From positions 1 through 40,178 of IMG/VR virus record IMGVR_UViG_3300034136_000001: a stretch of DNA of 40,178 nt. The stretch is one strand, 5' to 3'. Below the pieces are notes generated by a model, which made no database searches, was not told the DNA's origin, and saw nothing but the letters and a program-made list of their open reading frames with translations. The position numbers and the translations under genes are program-made. Below are positions 32,113 to 39,622 of the stretch, in pieces (position 1 is the first letter of the stretch; every line of letters starts with the position of its first letter). The DNA is from a virus.

Positions 32113-32352
32113 TTATCGCCCTAACTCGGCCAATTTAGCGGCTGCACAATTAAAGTTAGTAAATTCGTAATGATCGCCAGTTAAATTAGCCCGACAAACA
32201 ATATATGTTTTGAGGCGTGGAACATAAAATAGTTCCCATGCGCCAATTTGTAGGCGTTCACCAAATTGGATATTTTCGGCTTTTACGCCTTGACTACGCA
32301 ATGGATTATGGCACTTATGGCCCGTACGCGTCACATGTAGTATTGCCGCCAT
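32113..32352 (-). CDS. Hypothetical early protein
   Basis: I chose the ATG at 32352, which has GGAGGAGG upstream and a TAATG overlap, instead of the ATG at 32376 used in the ORF track. Confidence 0.5.
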   Translation of the reverse strand: MAAILHVTRTGHKCHNPLRSQGVKAENIQFGERLQIGAWELFYVPRLKTYIVCRANLTGDHYEFTNFNCAAAKLAELGR

Positions 32353-32543
32353 TATTTTGCCTCCTCCAGTCCGCAAGCTGCCATAAACCGCTTACGGTCA
32401 AAGCGTGGATTGTTGCCCTTTAATATACGGGCTAGATTGCGGGCTACTTGATGAGCGCCTGCAATCCGAGCCGGATGGTCCTGCATGTCGCATATTGATT
32501 CTGCAATCGCGCTTGCAATTAATTCATAATCTTTCTTAGTCAT
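32352..32543 (-). CDS. Hypothetical early protein
   Basis: A 63-aa ORF. Its N-terminus MTKKDYE matches that of the neighbouring ORF at 32543..32830. Confidence 0.45.
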   Translation of the reverse strand: MTKKDYELIASAIAESICDMQDHPARIAGAHQVARNLARILKGNNPRFDRKRFMAACGLEEAK

Positions 32544-32830
32544 TACAGTACCGCCAGATTAAACAGTGTTTTATTGTATGGCTCGATATATAAGTCATTA
32601 TCGCCAACGGTATATATCTCATCGGCATAAAACAGATTTTGGGCTAACCCGCTCCGTTGCAATAGATCGAATAGATCATCGTTGACCACTAGACTCCATC
32701 TATCGCAATAAGCGCCCATGTGACGAGTATCGGTAACAATCACCTGTGGCTTTAATGTGTCATCTTTGTAATATTGACGTAGTGTTGTATTGATGATACT
32801 TGCTACTTTTTCATAATCTTTTTTAGTCAT
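32543..32830 (-). CDS. Hypothetical early protein, the first well-supported gene of the leftward operon
   Basis: A 95-aa ORF with RBS AGGAG 10 nt upstream. Confidence 0.5.
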   Translation of the reverse strand: MTKKDYEKVASIINTTLRQYYKDDTLKPQVIVTDTRHMGAYCDRWSLVVNDDLFDLLQRSGLAQNLFYADEIYTVGDNDLYIEPYNKTLFNLAVL

Positions 32831-33080
32831 GGTTTCTATACTCCTGTCGTATTGAACTCTTAACTTAATTACTCATGTGGTACTGGTGGGTAGGTAGTAG
32901 AGCGTATACGGCGCTGCCGACGATTCTACCTATCCGCTTATGGCTATCAAGGTGATCGCCGGTTAACCTGGGCTGTGGATAAGTGGTACACAATTTAGGT
33001 AGATTGGCGACCGAATCCCTCACGGCCATGTCAATTAGTATACAGAAATGTCTCACGTTGTCAAACATTGTTATACGTTT

Positions 33081-33313
33081 TTGTGTACAATTTTGTGTAC
33101 ACAATAGGGGTCAAAAAGTGTACACAAGGGTGTTTTTTATTAACAACAGTGGGTTATTTTTCTGGGTGTGTACAGTTTTTGGGGTCTAAACCATAAACGC
33201 AAACGCCTCTGTTATTTCGATTTGTGTACACTTTTAGTCTTATTGTATTAGATTTATAACCTATAGACTATTATTAGATAAACCAGGAATAAAAGTGTAC
33301 ACAATGTACACAA
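33081..33313. repeat. Array of seven copies of the 12-bp palindrome TTGTGTACACAA, either operators or iterons
   Basis: The copies lie at 33081-92 (9/12), 33093-104 (12/12), 33116-27 (10/12), 33166-77 (8/12), 33222-33 (10/12), 33293-304 (10/12) and 33302-13 (9/12). An AT-rich stretch at 33234-33292 lies within the array. Confidence 0.8.
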
Positions 33314-33332
33314 ATACTAAATCATGCGCCTA

Positions 33333-33481
33333 GCATACATATATACATAAGTCAAACGGTATAGCGTAAGCACTATGACCCCTGTTAACATACGTCGTAC
33401 AATGTTGATTGTGCGACATACATGGTGTATCTACCCCTGTTATGTATATGTATGTACTATGCACAACACATATGTATGTAC
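33333..33481. repeat. Second repeat family, GTATGT/ACATAC-based
   Basis: ATATGTATGTAC occurs at 33446-57 and 33470-81. Inverted partial copies lie at 33333-48 and 33414-25. ACCCCTGTTA occurs at 33378-87 and 33433-42. Confidence 0.6.
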
Positions 33482-33703
33482 CACGCCCCGCCCAGCCCCA
33501 CGCAGCGCAGCCCAGCAGCAAGCACAAGCAGAATAAAATGACGGGGGGGCACCCCCTGCACGTCGCGAGTCTGCGGTGTGATACTTCCCCCACAGAAAAA
33601 TCCCAAAAAATACATCATTTGCAATTAGGGGAAAATTATGGCATACAAGGAAACCGTCTCCTGTCTAGTGTGTTGATCGTGCGAAGATTGTTATATATAG
33701 CGC

Positions 33704-33732
33704 TTGTGTCTTGTAACACTTGCCGTTACAAT
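33704..33732 (+). promoter_or_regulatory. Promoter: TTGTGT, 17-nt spacer, TACAAT, for a leaderless cro-like transcript
   Basis: The hexamers lie at 33704-09 and 33727-32. The ATG at 33741 is 8 nt after the -10 element and has no SD. Confidence 0.55.
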
Positions 33733-33740
33733 ACCCGGAC

Positions 33741-33968
33741 ATGGCTACGGAAACACTCCCTGAATGGGCGAAAAATCTAAAAAAGCTGCGCGTCGAGAAT
33801 GACTATACGCAGAAGAGTTTCGGGGCAAAGTTCGGGGTGTCGAAGATGACGGTCAGCCGATGGGAGGCTGGAGAGAATGAGCCGCCAGTACCAGTTTTGG
33901 CGTGGATACTGGAGGCCAGCGGGACTATTAGCGCCGGGATATTCTTTAAGGACGGTGTGGAGATATGA
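33741..33968 (+). CDS. XRE-family helix-turn-helix regulator (Cro/CI-like)
   Basis: The sequence LKKLRVENDYTQKSFGAKFGVSKMTVSRWEAGENEP is a classic HTH_3 pattern. I prefer the ATG at 33741 to the TTG at 33720 in the ORF track. Confidence 0.75.
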   Translation: MATETLPEWAKNLKKLRVENDYTQKSFGAKFGVSKMTVSRWEAGENEPPVPVLAWILEASGTISAGIFFKDGVEI

Positions 33969-35482
33969 GCGTTAATGGAGAAGTAGTCCCGATAGACGAC
34001 CCGGATAAGCCAAAGAAATCGGTAGTCCAGGTACGGGCTGAGATCGTCCAACGTGAGTGGCCGTTTATCAGTTTTCGCGGGCAGGCGATGGTTAAAATTC
34101 AGGAGCCGTTCCCGCATTGGGTTCCACTATACAAAGACAGGTTCGAGCGACTGGCATACCCGCTGCTGGGTGGGCCGACCCGTGGCCAGGTGGCTGACGC
34201 CTACGCGTATGTGGAGAATACCGCGCCGGACAAGTCAGAGTTCGACTACCTGATTATGTTTGGGGCTGAACAGCCCACTGACGAGCAGTTGCTCGCGCCC
34301 GGCCTGCCCGCCAAGCCGCAGATTTGGAACACCCGCGAGCTGTGCTGGGACCCGGCCGCCGACCCGGACGACTGCGTGTGGCGTTCGCCGTACCCGCCCA
34401 TACCGGCCAAGCACCAAGCAGATCGGCTGGAGTTCGTGATGCAGCTCGCCGGTCACGACGAGGGCGTGTATGACGATATTATGCAATCAATCGCACCTAT
34501 TGTCATGGAGAAGAAGCCGGACGGCGCGATCTGGTGGGTCGGCGATGGGGCGAACGGTAAGAGTACGCTGATGGACGCGCTGTACCGGATTTTCCCGGAC
34601 CAGCTCGCCAGTCTGACTGTTAAGGCATTAGTCGATGAGCGTGATACGCCCTTGTTAAATGGCCAATTGGCAAACATCGTGCGAGAGAGTTCTGAGGGCC
34701 GTATCGAGGACACAATGGTGTATAAGGCCATCGGTACACATGAGAACTTCCGCACCCACAAGTTCCACTCACAGGAAACCTACGAAATCCGAGGTAATAT
34801 GCACCACATTTTCAGCGCCAATAATATCCCGCTGTTCGCTGACAAAGGCCACTCTGCTCGTCGCCGGACGTTTATCATCCCGTTCCGCCAACGCTTTGTG
34901 AGCGACCCGCTGTTTGAGGAAAAGACATTTACCCCGGAGTTCTTCGGCCGGCTCATTACTGAGATTTGCAAATATGCCAAACAGATCGAGCGCCAGGGCT
35001 ATAAATATAAGTGGTCGGCTATCACCTTGGCTGCCAAGTTGGAATATGATGAGAGTGTCAATACCGCCGAGGCATATGTCGCCGCCATGATCGAGGAGGG
35101 CATTGTAGCTTTCGACAATATCGGCTCGATTACCGACGACTATATCCGTTGGTGTAAAGAAACGGGCAACGAACCACTCCGCGCCGGGCATCTGAAAAAG
35201 GCACTCAAACCGCTCAGTTTTGAGCGCATATCGACGCGGCTACCGGGTAAGTCCGGCACTCCGAAAATCTATCGGCTACCCGGCCAGACATCAGAGCTGA
35301 TAACTGTCGGCCTCTGGCGCGACGGGCTATACACTACGCCAGGCTTCCAGCCAGCCGAGCCGCCCGCCGACATCGTGACCGTACCGGCTGATTTCACTCA
35401 GTCTGCCGGGGTGCAAGATAGAGAGCAAGATGGGGTGCAAGTCGAGCCAGAAAAAGTAACTATACTTGAGGGGAAATGGTAA
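33965..35482 (+). CDS. P4/D5-type superfamily 3 replicative helicase, a primase-helicase family NTPase
   Basis: A 505-aa ORF with an ATGA overlap with the HTH gene. Walker A reads WWVGDGANGKSTLMDAL, followed by a downstream helicase region. An N-terminal primase domain is not evident. Confidence 0.7.
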   Translation: MSVNGEVVPIDDPDKPKKSVVQVRAEIVQREWPFISFRGQAMVKIQEPFPHWVPLYKDRFERLAYPLLGGPTRGQVADAYAYVENTAPDKSEFDYLIMFGAEQPTDEQLLAPGLPAKPQIWNTRELCWDPAADPDDCVWRSPYPPIPAKHQADRLEFVMQLAGHDEGVYDDIMQSIAPIVMEKKPDGAIWWVGDGANGKSTLMDALYRIFPDQLASLTVKALVDERDTPLLNGQLANIVRESSEGRIEDTMVYKAIGTHENFRTHKFHSQETYEIRGNMHHIFSANNIPLFADKGHSARRRTFIIPFRQRFVSDPLFEEKTFTPEFFGRLITEICKYAKQIERQGYKYKWSAITLAAKLEYDESVNTAEAYVAAMIEEGIVAFDNIGSITDDYIRWCKETGNEPLRAGHLKKALKPLSFERISTRLPGKSGTPKIYRLPGQTSELITVGLWRDGLYTTPGFQPAEPPADIVTVPADFTQSAGVQDREQDGVQVEPEKVTILEGKW

Positions 35483-35814
35483 TGAAAGCAACCGTCAAAA
35501 TCAAACCGAAACGCTGGTGGTGGCCGCCGGACCGCCGCGAAGCTCGCGCTCAACAGGTCGTCGCGCAAGCAATTCTCGATTATAAATGGGAGGAAATTTA
35601 TAAAAGAGTGAATGAAAGATTTATAGATTATTTCAGGCTAGAGGAATTATTAAACGAGAGGAGTGAGAGTATGGGTAGCTGTGACTACAATTTTAAACGG
35701 GGTTGGCAATGCAGCCAGGAACGCGGACACAAAACGCCGTGCGCCCTGCGTCCGAAGTGGTGGAATTGGGACCGAACCGCCAGACGCTTCCGGCGAGATA
35801 TGAGGCGGCGATGA
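35482..35814 (+). CDS. Hypothetical protein
   Basis: I chose the ATG at 35482, which has GAGGGG 8 nt upstream and a TAATG overlap. The product is basic and Trp-rich. Confidence 0.5.
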   Translation: MKATVKIKPKRWWWPPDRREARAQQVVAQAILDYKWEEIYKRVNERFIDYFRLEELLNERSESMGSCDYNFKRGWQCSQERGHKTPCALRPKWWNWDRTARRFRRDMRRR

Positions 35815-35960
35815 TACCGTACCAGGAATGTATCCATTGTGAGTGCGCCGACGAAAATACCTGGTGCTGTCTGTGCGAAAAATATATCCACCGTTCGGGA
35901 AATATTATTATGACATCGGAAGTACCTATTGCCGTAACCGATGTGGGGTATGAGCGGTGA
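35811..35960 (+). CDS. 49-aa Cys-rich, zinc-ribbon-like small protein
   Basis: It has an ATGA overlap with the upstream stop and its own stop overlaps the next GTG (GTGA). The Cys pattern is CIHCEC ... CCLC. Confidence 0.45.
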   Translation: MIPYQECIHCECADENTWCCLCEKYIHRSGNIIMTSEVPIAVTDVGYER

Positions 35961-36739
35961 GTAAAGAGAAATTAGGCAAGTTTTTACGCGAGGTGTCTAA
36001 TTGGTCGTGGGAAGAATTTTGCCAGGCCGAAAAGGATAAGAAGTATACCAGCAACCAGGCTATAATTTTTGCGCTGATACGCTCCTGCGCCAACGGGAAA
36101 CTGAGCGCCATCCAAATGAGCTTGAACCGGCTTGACGGTAAACTCGTCACACCTGTAAAAATTGAGTATCCGAGCATTTACTATTTGTTTCCGAACGCTA
36201 CAAAGACGGAAATCTTCGGCGAACCCGTCGAGGTTGACCCCAATCTGCAAACGCTGACGCTGGCCCCACCACCGGCCACGGCCCCGGCCGAGGGCGATGT
36301 GCTACCACCACCCTTACCGGAAGCGCCGCAGGCAGAGGAGCGCGATCTGGCAACAATGTCGTTACGGGAAACATTGACCGAAATGGCCGAATACCCGCGC
36401 GAGTTACCAGAGGCCATCTTGCAACTCGCTAAACAGACCGAGGAGTGGATACGCAATACCAATTCCATGCCTGACGAAATCCCCAAAGTGAAATCGGTGG
36501 TGTCGGCCGCCCTCCTTATCCTCGCCCAAAACCGTGATATGAGTGCCATAACAGAGGTGTTTGACCAGATCGACGGCAAACTCGTCGAAACGATCAAGGT
36601 TTTGGGGGAGGATATTTTCATTAACAATTACGCCGCTATTGCTCCGGCTGGAGCTGTTAAAAATGCCGACGGGGTGTACCAGCTTAAAGCAATTGAGGCA
36701 GAGAGGACTTGGGCTAGAAAGCTCGGAAAGGCAGAATAA
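35957..36739 (+). CDS. Hypothetical protein with an internal duplicated (R/Q)(L/I)DGKLV motif, a weak small-terminase candidate
   Basis: A 260-aa ORF with a GTG start coupled by GTGA. It contains NRLDGKLVTPVKI and DQIDGKLVETIKV, separated by a Pro/Ala/Glu-rich linker. Confidence 0.4.
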   Translation: MSKEKLGKFLREVSNWSWEEFCQAEKDKKYTSNQAIIFALIRSCANGKLSAIQMSLNRLDGKLVTPVKIEYPSIYYLFPNATKTEIFGEPVEVDPNLQTLTLAPPPATAPAEGDVLPPPLPEAPQAEERDLATMSLRETLTEMAEYPRELPEAILQLAKQTEEWIRNTNSMPDEIPKVKSVVSAALLILAQNRDMSAITEVFDQIDGKLVETIKVLGEDIFINNYAAIAPAGAVKNADGVYQLKAIEAERTWARKLGKAE

Positions 36740-36741
36740 TT

Positions 36742-36912
36742 ATGGAATATATTATTAATAATTCACGTCATCCGCACTATCAATGTATTGGCACGATCAG
36801 TGAGGACGAAAAAATCCCGGATACCGGCCAATATATTATGCGTCTTACAACCTGTATGCACGGGGTTGATAGGTGCGGCGTTCAATATCACGAACTAAAC
36901 AGGTTGGGCTAG
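36742..36912 (+). CDS. 56-aa hypothetical protein
   Basis: I translated this uninterrupted ORF by hand. It starts 3 nt after the upstream stop and is below the ORF-track cutoff. Confidence 0.4.
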   Translation: MEYIINNSRHPHYQCIGTISEDEKIPDTGQYIMRLTTCMHGVDRCGVQYHELNRLG

Positions 36913-36915
36913 ATA

Positions 36916-37020
36916 ATGTTAAAAATCAAATTAAACGATTACCGAAAAGGCTATTTGGCCGGATGGATTGCCGGCGGTGGCGGTGCGATTGTTGGGATGA
37001 TTATTGCTGATAGATTATGA
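36916..37020 (+). CDS. 34-aa single-TM peptide
   Basis: The sequence is MLKIKLNDYRKGYLAGWIAGGGGAIVGMIIADRL. It has an ATGA overlap with the next ORF. Confidence 0.35.
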   Translation: MLKIKLNDYRKGYLAGWIAGGGGAIVGMIIADRL

Positions 37021-37343
37021 AAGAGGCAAGCAAAAGCACAATGTTTGGCAAACTGCTTACGCGAGTACATAATGCACGGTATCAGACCCGGCAACTCGCG
37101 GAGCTGGAGCTGTGGAGGCGACATAGCCTCGGCAATCCCAAAAATCGCGTCGGATACAAAATGGCGGAAACCGCCGTTATCCAGCGTGACGGGACCGAAG
37201 TTATCGAGTTCCGACTATATAAATTAATCGACCGGGCCGTTATCAGCATATCGAGTGAGGTGCAAACCACCACCGAGTTTGGACTGGACGCCACGGAAAA
37301 GGAGCAAGCAGATGGAACAAAAAGTACAAATACGGATACCTAA
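37017..37343 (+). CDS. Hypothetical protein
   Basis: A 108-aa ORF in the ORF track, coupled to the upstream ORF. Confidence 0.5.
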   Translation: MKEASKSTMFGKLLTRVHNARYQTRQLAELELWRRHSLGNPKNRVGYKMAETAVIQRDGTEVIEFRLYKLIDRAVISISSEVQTTTEFGLDATEKEQADGTKSTNTDT

Positions 37344-37482
37344 CCCACAGACGCAGAGCGCCGAAGTTCATAGTTTCGCGGACCTCGATAATGCCCGCGA
37401 TTTTTTGACGCGGCGGATACGGGAGGAGGCCAAAAAAGTAAAACAAAAAGCGGAGAAAGTCGATGACGTACCGGGCGAATGA
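37312..37482 (+). CDS. 56-aa hypothetical protein
   Basis: The ATG at 37312 lies 7 nt after AAGGAG. The upstream extension in the ORF track overlaps the previous gene. Confidence 0.45.
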   Translation: MEQKVQIRIPNPQTQSAEVHSFADLDNARDFLTRRIREEAKKVKQKAEKVDDVPGE

Positions 37483-37597
37483 GGCCGTATCTAAGGTCCC
37501 TGGATGGCGTCGTGTATTATCGGTTGTCGGTTGGATTTCCTTTGCAGTTGCCGTCGGCGGTTGGATTTTTATATTCAGCTATATTGGTTTGATATAA
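37463..37597 (+). CDS. 44-aa single-TM peptide
   Basis: RBS GGAG lies 8 nt upstream. The TM segment is VLSVVGWISFAVAVGGWIFIFSYIGLI. Confidence 0.4.
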   Translation: MTYRANEAVSKVPGWRRVLSVVGWISFAVAVGGWIFIFSYIGLI

Positions 37598-37603
37598 CGC
37601 TTA

Positions 37604-37612
37604 TGCTACAGT
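37604..37612 (+). promoter_or_regulatory. Extended -10-like element TG-c-TACAGT within the hairpin GCTTAT...ATAAGC
   Basis: Read directly. The ATG at 37622 follows 9 nt later and has no SD. Confidence 0.4.
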
Positions 37613-37621
37613 ATAAGCATT

Positions 37622-37909
37622 ATGGAACGCGTACCGTGCGCCAATCAAGACAGTTGCCGATGGGCGGTTCTTGAGCAAGGCTGCCACGAAGATAAGCACC
37701 ATCTTTTCTGGCCTCGTCAAGACTACAAAACGCCAACCGAAAAACGCTTTCGTGAACTCGACGAAAATAAAGTAATAATCTGCCGAAACTTCCACGACGA
37801 GGAACATGCGCTATTTCCGCCGCCAGATAAGCCTGACCTGGAGATCATGCGTATGGCTATTGCAGAACAACGTAATCGCCGTTTAGGAGCGGCACAAAAT
37901 GGAGACTGA
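37622..37909 (+). CDS. HNH-like endonuclease (short form)
   Basis: A 95-aa ORF with C..DSC ... GCHEDKHHLFWPR ... NKVIICRNFHDEEH, which resembles a Cys-box plus the H-N-H arrangement. It sits at the boundary between the early and late modules. Confidence 0.45.
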   Translation: MERVPCANQDSCRWAVLEQGCHEDKHHLFWPRQDYKTPTEKRFRELDENKVIICRNFHDEEHALFPPPDKPDLEIMRMAIAEQRNRRLGAAQNGD

Positions 37910-38051
37910 CACCCAAACCCGCGAACAGGCTATTGACGAGCTAAATACGTTGACAGAGCGTAAGTGGGATTTGATCGACGAGCTTGGTGAGCTGGAGGTT
38001 GCCCGTGCCGCTTTGTTCGAGAGACTGCGGGGCCACGATGGAAACCTTTGA
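37899..38051 (+). CDS. 50-aa coiled-coil-like hypothetical protein
   Basis: RBS AGGAG lies 9 nt upstream. I translated it by hand. It is below the ORF-track cutoff. Confidence 0.4.
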   Translation: METDTQTREQAIDELNTLTERKWDLIDELGELEVARAALFERLRGHDGNL

Positions 38052-38265
38052 TAGCAATTTGGATACCAGTGATATCATCGCCTGGGACGGGACGCGCCTG
38101 CTTCGAGCGGCCCGTATATTGCAAAATGAGGTGCAATTGAATCCCATCCCCAGACAGGCTAACGCCGCCGATAAACTACTCAGCCGTTGCGCGTTTGAAA
38201 TGTGGGCCAGGCGACACCGTGACGCACCAGAGGAGGTCGCCATTGGAACGCAAGTTGCAGTCTGA
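38038..38265 (+). CDS. Hypothetical protein
   Basis: I chose the internal Met (METFDSN...) of ORF 37984..38265 in the track, to avoid a long overlap with the previous ORF. Confidence 0.4.
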   Translation: METFDSNLDTSDIIAWDGTRLLRAARILQNEVQLNPIPRQANAADKLLSRCAFEMWARRHRDAPEEVAIGTQVAV

Positions 38266-38548
38266 GATTATTAAATATCTTAAATCGAAAGGTGCTTATG
38301 TCATTAAAACTAGACCACAACCGGGGACTCCGAGCGGCTGTCCTGACATCATCGCTTTATATCGCGGCCGCTATACTGCTCTGGAAGTTAAAGCAGATGA
38401 AAAATCGCCAAATCGACCGGGACAATTAGAGACTCTATTATTGCTTTCCGAGCATAATGATTTTGTTTACCGGGTTCACCCGGATAATTGGCCCGATGTC
38501 CGCGCTGAGTTGGAAAACAAATTCTTTCAATCTGCTTATGGTCAGTGA
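38243..38548 (+). CDS. VRR-NUC domain nuclease (PD-(D/E)xK)
   Basis: The motifs are LQSEIIKYLKSKGAYVIK ... GCPDIIALYRGRYTALEVK. The TTG start at 38243 lies 6 nt after a perfect AGGAGG. The ATG at 38195 in the ORF track would overlap the previous gene by 70 nt. Confidence 0.7.
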   Translation: MERKLQSEIIKYLKSKGAYVIKTRPQPGTPSGCPDIIALYRGRYTALEVKADEKSPNRPGQLETLLLLSEHNDFVYRVHPDNWPDVRAELENKFFQSAYGQ

Positions 38549-38554
38549 TACAAT
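38526..38554 (+). promoter_or_regulatory. Candidate late promoter: TTCAAT, 17-nt spacer, TG-a-TACAAT
   Basis: The hexamers lie at 38526-31 and 38549-54. Unlike the other TACAAT sites, this one is followed by a 29-nt leader with RBS AAGGGA before the ATG at 38584. Confidence 0.5.
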
Positions 38555-38583
38555 GACGGTATAGGTTAATCAAAGGGATAACG

Positions 38584-39615
38584 ATGGCGGTAGTTCCAAA
38601 AGGCACAGGGGTTTTCTGGATAGGGCAGGACGGTAACGTCTACGTCAAAGGCAATAAAGGGACTAATGCGGCCGGCCGCGCTGACGGTAACACCCGTAAA
38701 TATTGGGGCGACCGTGGCTTTGCTATGATCGACGACCCCAACCCTGTTATGCCGGGTCAAGATACAGCCACTATCCAACAGGCCGCCCAGACTGCTCCCG
38801 TTGGTGGCGGTGGAGGTGGTGGCGGCTCCGCTCCCGCACCAAAACCTGACCGTTCTAATTCTATCGCCCTGAATTTGGCCGGCCTCGGTTCGCTCGACAG
38901 CGCCTTTAATTCCGGTAATGCCTCCATCGACAAGCAGTATAGCGATGTTGTCGGTCAATATGACGCTGAAACCACCGCTGCTCGTAGCCGTTTTGATACT
39001 AGTAATACTACCAACAACCAGAACTACCAAAAGAACTATCAAACTGGCCTCGTCAACGCAGCACAGGGCCGTCAAGGGCTTTTTGGCTCTCTAGCCAGCA
39101 TTGGCGCACTCAATGGCGACGGCATCGTTCTGGCGAACCGTGCGGTTGCCAAAGGCGCAAATGACGATCTGGCCGGCGCAGCAGACAGCCGGGATACCAA
39201 CGCCTCTATGTTGACTGAGAAATGGCAGGACTTTGAGCTTGAGGACAAACGCCGCCGCGAGGATGCAGCACGGGGCCGCGACGCAGCCAAGGCTGTCAAT
39301 CAGGGTAATACCGCTAAGACGCGGCAAGAATACTACACCAAACTATCAAACGACTATGCCGAAATGGGCGATGGCGGCAGCGCCAAGCGCTATGCTGACA
39401 TGGCCGGCGGCCTATTCGGGGAGATTGCCCTGGCAAACACGCCGAACGCTGGCATCAGTCGGCAAACTGCCGCTTTTACACCGTCTACTCTTGCTGATTA
39501 TATGGCTGGCCAGGAAAGCACCGTGGTTGAAGCAGCCCCGGCACAACCCGGAGAGGCAACTCCTGGTCTGATCGCTAACACCAGCAAGAGGAAGAAAGAA
39601 ACTCAACTAGTATAG
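38584..39615 (+). CDS. Virion internal or ejection-like protein (putative)
   Basis: A 343-aa ORF, the first gene after the candidate late promoter. It has a Gly8 run followed by a Gln/Asn/Ala-rich helical region. It lies immediately upstream of the giant virion protein. Confidence 0.4.
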   Translation: MAVVPKGTGVFWIGQDGNVYVKGNKGTNAAGRADGNTRKYWGDRGFAMIDDPNPVMPGQDTATIQQAAQTAPVGGGGGGGGSAPAPKPDRSNSIALNLAGLGSLDSAFNSGNASIDKQYSDVVGQYDAETTAARSRFDTSNTTNNQNYQKNYQTGLVNAAQGRQGLFGSLASIGALNGDGIVLANRAVAKGANDDLAGAADSRDTNASMLTEKWQDFELEDKRRREDAARGRDAAKAVNQGNTAKTRQEYYTKLSNDYAEMGDGGSAKRYADMAGGLFGEIALANTPNAGISRQTAAFTPSTLADYMAGQESTVVEAAPAQPGEATPGLIANTSKRKKETQLV

Positions 39616-39622
39616 GGGTATC

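Noticed and set aside
33081-33481. A CRISPR array or mini-array in the repeat-rich control region.
   Set aside because: The repeats are only 12 bp long, palindromic, irregularly spaced (0-60 bp) and partly overlapping. There is no repeat-spacer periodicity and there are no cas genes.
32865-33780. ORFs 32865..33104 (-), 32983..33189 (+), 33330..33593 (-) and 33409..33780 (+) in the control region.
   Set aside because: They are built from the palindromic and GTATGT repeats or from the C-rich tract. They lack an RBS, and their translations are Cys/His/Thr-rich and not protein-like. A shorter version starting at ATG 33068 cannot be fully excluded.
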